In this document: piece by piece, positions 61,078 through 64,000 of the stretch | Numbering within the stretch: position 1 is the stretch's first letter | How the letters are laid out: each line of letters begins with the position of its first letter | Source: Bdellovibrionales bacterium | Lineage (GTDB): Bacteria; Bdellovibrionota; Bdellovibrionia; Bdellovibrionales; CAYMLA01 | Direction of reading: 5' to 3' | Assembly (NCBI GenBank): GCA_965217115.1 | Contig: OZ244239.1 | Span: 1,920,001 to 1,984,000, forward strand | Length of the DNA: 64,000 nucleotides | The notes under the pieces: model-generated | The model's database searches: none | What the model saw: the letters and a program-made list of their open reading frames with translations, nothing else | What the model was told of the DNA's origin: nothing | Made by a program: the position numbers and the translations under genes

Positions 61078-62325
61078 ATGCAATCTGTAGGGATGGCGAC
61101 AGGCTTGGATAAAATTACTTGCATGGATGAGCTGTCTTTAGATGGGAAGAGAGTTTTTCTACGTTTAGACTTAAATGTTCCTTTGCGTGATGGAGAGATT
61201 AAAGACGAGACTCGTATTCGTGCGTGTTTACCGACGATTCGCTATATTCTTGATCATGGCGGAAAATTAGTCGTAGGATCTCATTTAGGCCGACCTAAAG
61301 GAGAAGAAGATCGTCAAAAATTATCTTTAGAACCCGTGGCAAAGCGTCTAGGTGAACTCTTAGAGATAGAAGTTTTTCTGATGGAAGATATTTTAGGTCA
61401 AGCTCCACAGCAATTACTCAATGGTTTAAGATCAAGCCAAATAATTATGTTAGAGAATCTACGTTTTGTGGATGAGGAGATTAAAAATTCCCAAGAGATG
61501 GCTGTGATAATTGCGAGCTACATTGATATCTATATCAATGACGCCTTTGGAGCTTGTCACCGCGCCCATGGGAGTATTTCGGCCTTGGCCAAAGAGGTTG
61601 AACAAAGAGTGGTGGGATTTTTAATTCGCAAAGAAGTGGAGATGTTAGATCAGGTCATTTATCAATCGACGAATCCTTTTGTTGTTATCTTGGGTGGTTC
61701 TAAGGTGAGTGACAAAATTGGTGTATTTGAAAATCTTATGGAGAAGGTGGATACTTTTATTGTTGGAGGCGCGATGGCCTACACTTTTTTAAAAGCCAAG
61801 GGCGTGAGCGTGGGAGATTCTTTAGTGGAGCGAGATTATCTGACTTTCGCCAAAGAAATAATTCGTTCTCTGGAGACACGAGGAAAAAAGCTTTTATTGC
61901 CTGTGGATCATATAGTGGCGGAAAACCTTAATGCCGAAGAGACAGCTCGGATAAATGAATCTGAAAATATAGAGAGAGGATGGATGGGTTTAGACATCGG
62001 CCCTCGATCTACTGAACTTTTTATTGAAGAGATAAGCAAGGCTAAAACGATTTTCTGGAATGGTCCGATGGGAGTGTTTGAAAAAGAAGTTTATAGTAAA
62101 GGAACTTTTTCTGTGGCTCAGGCTGTGGCCGATAATGGTGGGTTAACTGTTGTTGGTGGAGGAGATTCGGTAGCGGCGACAAATGCTGCGGGTGTTGCCG
62201 ATAAGATGACTCATATTTCTACGGGTGGTGGCGCGAGCTTGGAATACTTACAAGGTGATAAGTTACCGGGGCTTGAAGCTTTGCGCAAGACGGGTCGTGA
62301 GGGTGTGACGCCAACCCTGAGCTAG
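61078..62325 (+). CDS. pgk: Phosphoglycerate kinase
   Basis: RLDLNVP, SHLGRP, LENLRF, NDAFG..HRAH, ISTGGGASLE; start uncertain (61078 or 61093). Confidence 0.97.
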   Translation: MQSVGMATGLDKITCMDELSLDGKRVFLRLDLNVPLRDGEIKDETRIRACLPTIRYILDHGGKLVVGSHLGRPKGEEDRQKLSLEPVAKRLGELLEIEVFLMEDILGQAPQQLLNGLRSSQIIMLENLRFVDEEIKNSQEMAVIIASYIDIYINDAFGACHRAHGSISALAKEVEQRVVGFLIRKEVEMLDQVIYQSTNPFVVILGGSKVSDKIGVFENLMEKVDTFIVGGAMAYTFLKAKGVSVGDSLVERDYLTFAKEIIRSLETRGKKLLLPVDHIVAENLNAEETARINESENIERGWMGLDIGPRSTELFIEEISKAKTIFWNGPMGVFEKEVYSKGTFSVAQAVADNGGLTVVGGGDSVAATNAAGVADKMTHISTGGGASLEYLQGDKLPGLEALRKTGREGVTPTLS

Positions 62326-62362
62326 TGAAGTTTTCTTTACAAACCGTTGGAGAAGGTGGAAT

Positions 62363-63175
62363 TTGATGAGAGATTTTATTTGCGCTGCAAACTGGAAATT
62401 AAATAAAACACCTAGAGAGGCTCAAAGATATTGCGAGACTCTTCTCAAGGATGACTTCGTAAAAGATCATTTGATACAAGGCAATCAGAGGGATATTGCC
62501 AATGGATTGAAATGTGCGATTTTCCCACCTGCCTACAACTGGAATGTTGTTTCGAGTACTTTGGATAAAACTCAAATTCATTGGGGCCCGCAGAATTGCT
62601 ATGCAGAGAAATCGGGAGCCTTTACAGGAGAAAATTCTGCCCATGTCGCAAAAGAGATGGGGGCTAGTTATGTGCTTGTGGGGCATAGTGAAAGGCGTCA
62701 GTTGTTTTTAGAGAATAATGATTCTATATCGGATAAGATAGAGGCATTTCAAGGAGTGAATCTTATTCCTATCTTGTGTGTTGGAGAAACTTTGCAGCAA
62801 CGACAAAGCGGACAAGCTAATCATGTTGTCGGTGAGCAGTTAAGGTGTGGTTTAGCAAAGGTGGATTTTTCTAAGAAGTTTGTCGTGGCCTATGAACCAG
62901 TGTGGGCGATTGGCACAGGAGAAGTGGCTTCTTTGGAGCAGGTGGAAGAAGCCCATAAAGGTATTGGTCAGATATTGTTAGAAATAGCTAGTGATAGGGG
63001 GGGCAATGGGGCTCCCGAGAACTTCCGTGGGACAGTGTCGATTCTTTACGGTGGAAGCGTAAAACCAGATAATGCCAAGGCATTGGGTGAGTTGATAAAT
63101 GTGGATGGATTTCTTGTCGGTGGAGCCTCTTTAGAGCCAGAGAGCTTTTTATCAATACTTAAATCATCTAAATAG
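62363..63175 (+). CDS. tpiA: Triosephosphate isomerase
   Basis: ANWK, GHSERR, AYEPVWAIGTG, YGGSV, LVGGAS. Confidence 0.97.
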   Translation: MMRDFICAANWKLNKTPREAQRYCETLLKDDFVKDHLIQGNQRDIANGLKCAIFPPAYNWNVVSSTLDKTQIHWGPQNCYAEKSGAFTGENSAHVAKEMGASYVLVGHSERRQLFLENNDSISDKIEAFQGVNLIPILCVGETLQQRQSGQANHVVGEQLRCGLAKVDFSKKFVVAYEPVWAIGTGEVASLEQVEEAHKGIGQILLEIASDRGGNGAPENFRGTVSILYGGSVKPDNAKALGELINVDGFLVGGASLEPESFLSILKSSK

Positions 63176-63258
63176 ATTTATTCGCTTAAATGTTTCATAA
63201 TGAGGCATTAGTGCAGGTTGAATTGTGTTGTTTCTGATTAAGGCTCTAGAATATAGAG

Positions 63259-63486
63259 ATGAATAATTTAACCCATGTTCGGCGTTGCCATGTTTGTGGA
63301 GAGGTTTCTGAAAATAAGGAACAAGATGTTGAGCGCTGTAACCACTGTAAAAAACCTCTGGCCCAGTTCTGTTTTTTTGACGATCGCCGTGTCCTGCCTC
63401 TTTCGGATGATAGAAAGGCAGGAGATATTTTAGATGCTTATCAACCCATCCGTGGTTTAACTGCCTATTGGGATCATGCAGCTTAG
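63259..63486 (+). CDS. Small zinc-ribbon hypothetical protein
   Basis: CHVC...CNHC. Confidence 0.65.
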   Translation: MNNLTHVRRCHVCGEVSENKEQDVERCNHCKKPLAQFCFFDDRRVLPLSDDRKAGDILDAYQPIRGLTAYWDHAA

Positions 63487-63495
63487 TAGGCTTTT

Positions 63496-63999
63496 CTAAA
63501 TTTCACTAAAACTCACCTGAATCCATCCATCATTTTCGTTGTGGAAAAAGACATTTTCACCGAGGCGGGTTTTTTCGATTTCTTTCAGAGATAGAATGTT
63601 CTTTAATTGCCCGCTGATTTGGGACAATTGATCAACAATGCTCTCCTGTGTATAATGAGTGATCTGATTTAAATGAAAATCGGTACTTAAGCTCTCAAAA
63701 ATTTTTTTTGGAATATATCGAAACCTATCGTTAACTAATTCAAAGGGGATAAGAGACTCTAGAATTAAGGCATTTCTGTGGTTATGGGATTTAAACGAAT
63801 CAATAATCTTCCAGAGGTCATCTGATTTGATATAGTAAGAAATTCCTTCGGCAATAAGGAGAGTGGGAAGATTTGAGTTCCATCCAGCATGGCATAATTT
63901 TTCTCGGAGTATTTCCGTATCAGTTATATCTGCGGTGAGGCACTGAATATTATTGATTTGATTAAGAAGGTTTTTCTTAGTGTCCATATTATCAAGGTC
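63496..63999 (-). CDS. LCM/O-methyltransferase-like class I SAM methyltransferase, 5'-truncated by the window edge
   Basis: DL..M..K, ADIT, PTLLIAEGISYY; frame is open to the window end. Confidence 0.7.
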   Translation of the reverse strand, partial: DLDNMDTKKNLLNQINNIQCLTADITDTEILREKLCHAGWNSNLPTLLIAEGISYYIKSDDLWKIIDSFKSHNHRNALILESLIPFELVNDRFRYIPKKIFESLSTDFHLNQITHYTQESIVDQLSQISGQLKNILSLKEIEKTRLGENVFFHNENDGWIQVSFSEI

Positions 64000-64000
64000 G

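Overview
A bacterial chromosome segment of mostly housekeeping genes. It probably comes from a Bdellovibrionota-like predator; this is inferred from a TIGR02147/DUF4423-type regulator, an AgmX/PglI-type TonB-C protein, a mitochondrial-EF-G1-like stand-alone fusA, and rny plus ricT alongside TolC/RND. Recognisable genes include a C-terminal protease, 2-oxoacid dehydrogenase E1 alpha/beta, pyrE, fusA, aat, ftsY-zapA-fau-rny-tyrS, iscS/iscA, an acyl-CoA dehydrogenase, a eukaryote-type speD, speE, trmH, queF, msrAB, purA, pepN, TolC/RND, a Gld-like ABC transporter, secG and tmk-holB-ricT-tatD-gap-pgk-tpiA. I saw no tRNA, rRNA, CRISPR array, transposase or integrase. The main unexplained signal is a non-coding hairpin element family at two loci about 46 kb apart: a seven-copy mixed-orientation array at 4268-5933 and a two-copy tandem at 52104-52552. 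Their arms and apical stems are largely unrelated, but they share an asymmetric internal-loop core (GCGAGTTYGGMTTGG...CRAACGRATGTYTGAGC) with a compensatory base-pair change, a strand bias in G.U pairs, and a shared 3' flank. Secondary signals are cassette-like secreted ORFans (two share a 56-bp terminator block, one lies between 24-bp direct repeats) and a ~170-nt rod-like hairpin at 31320-31492. All product calls come from motif recognition by eye; no searches were run.
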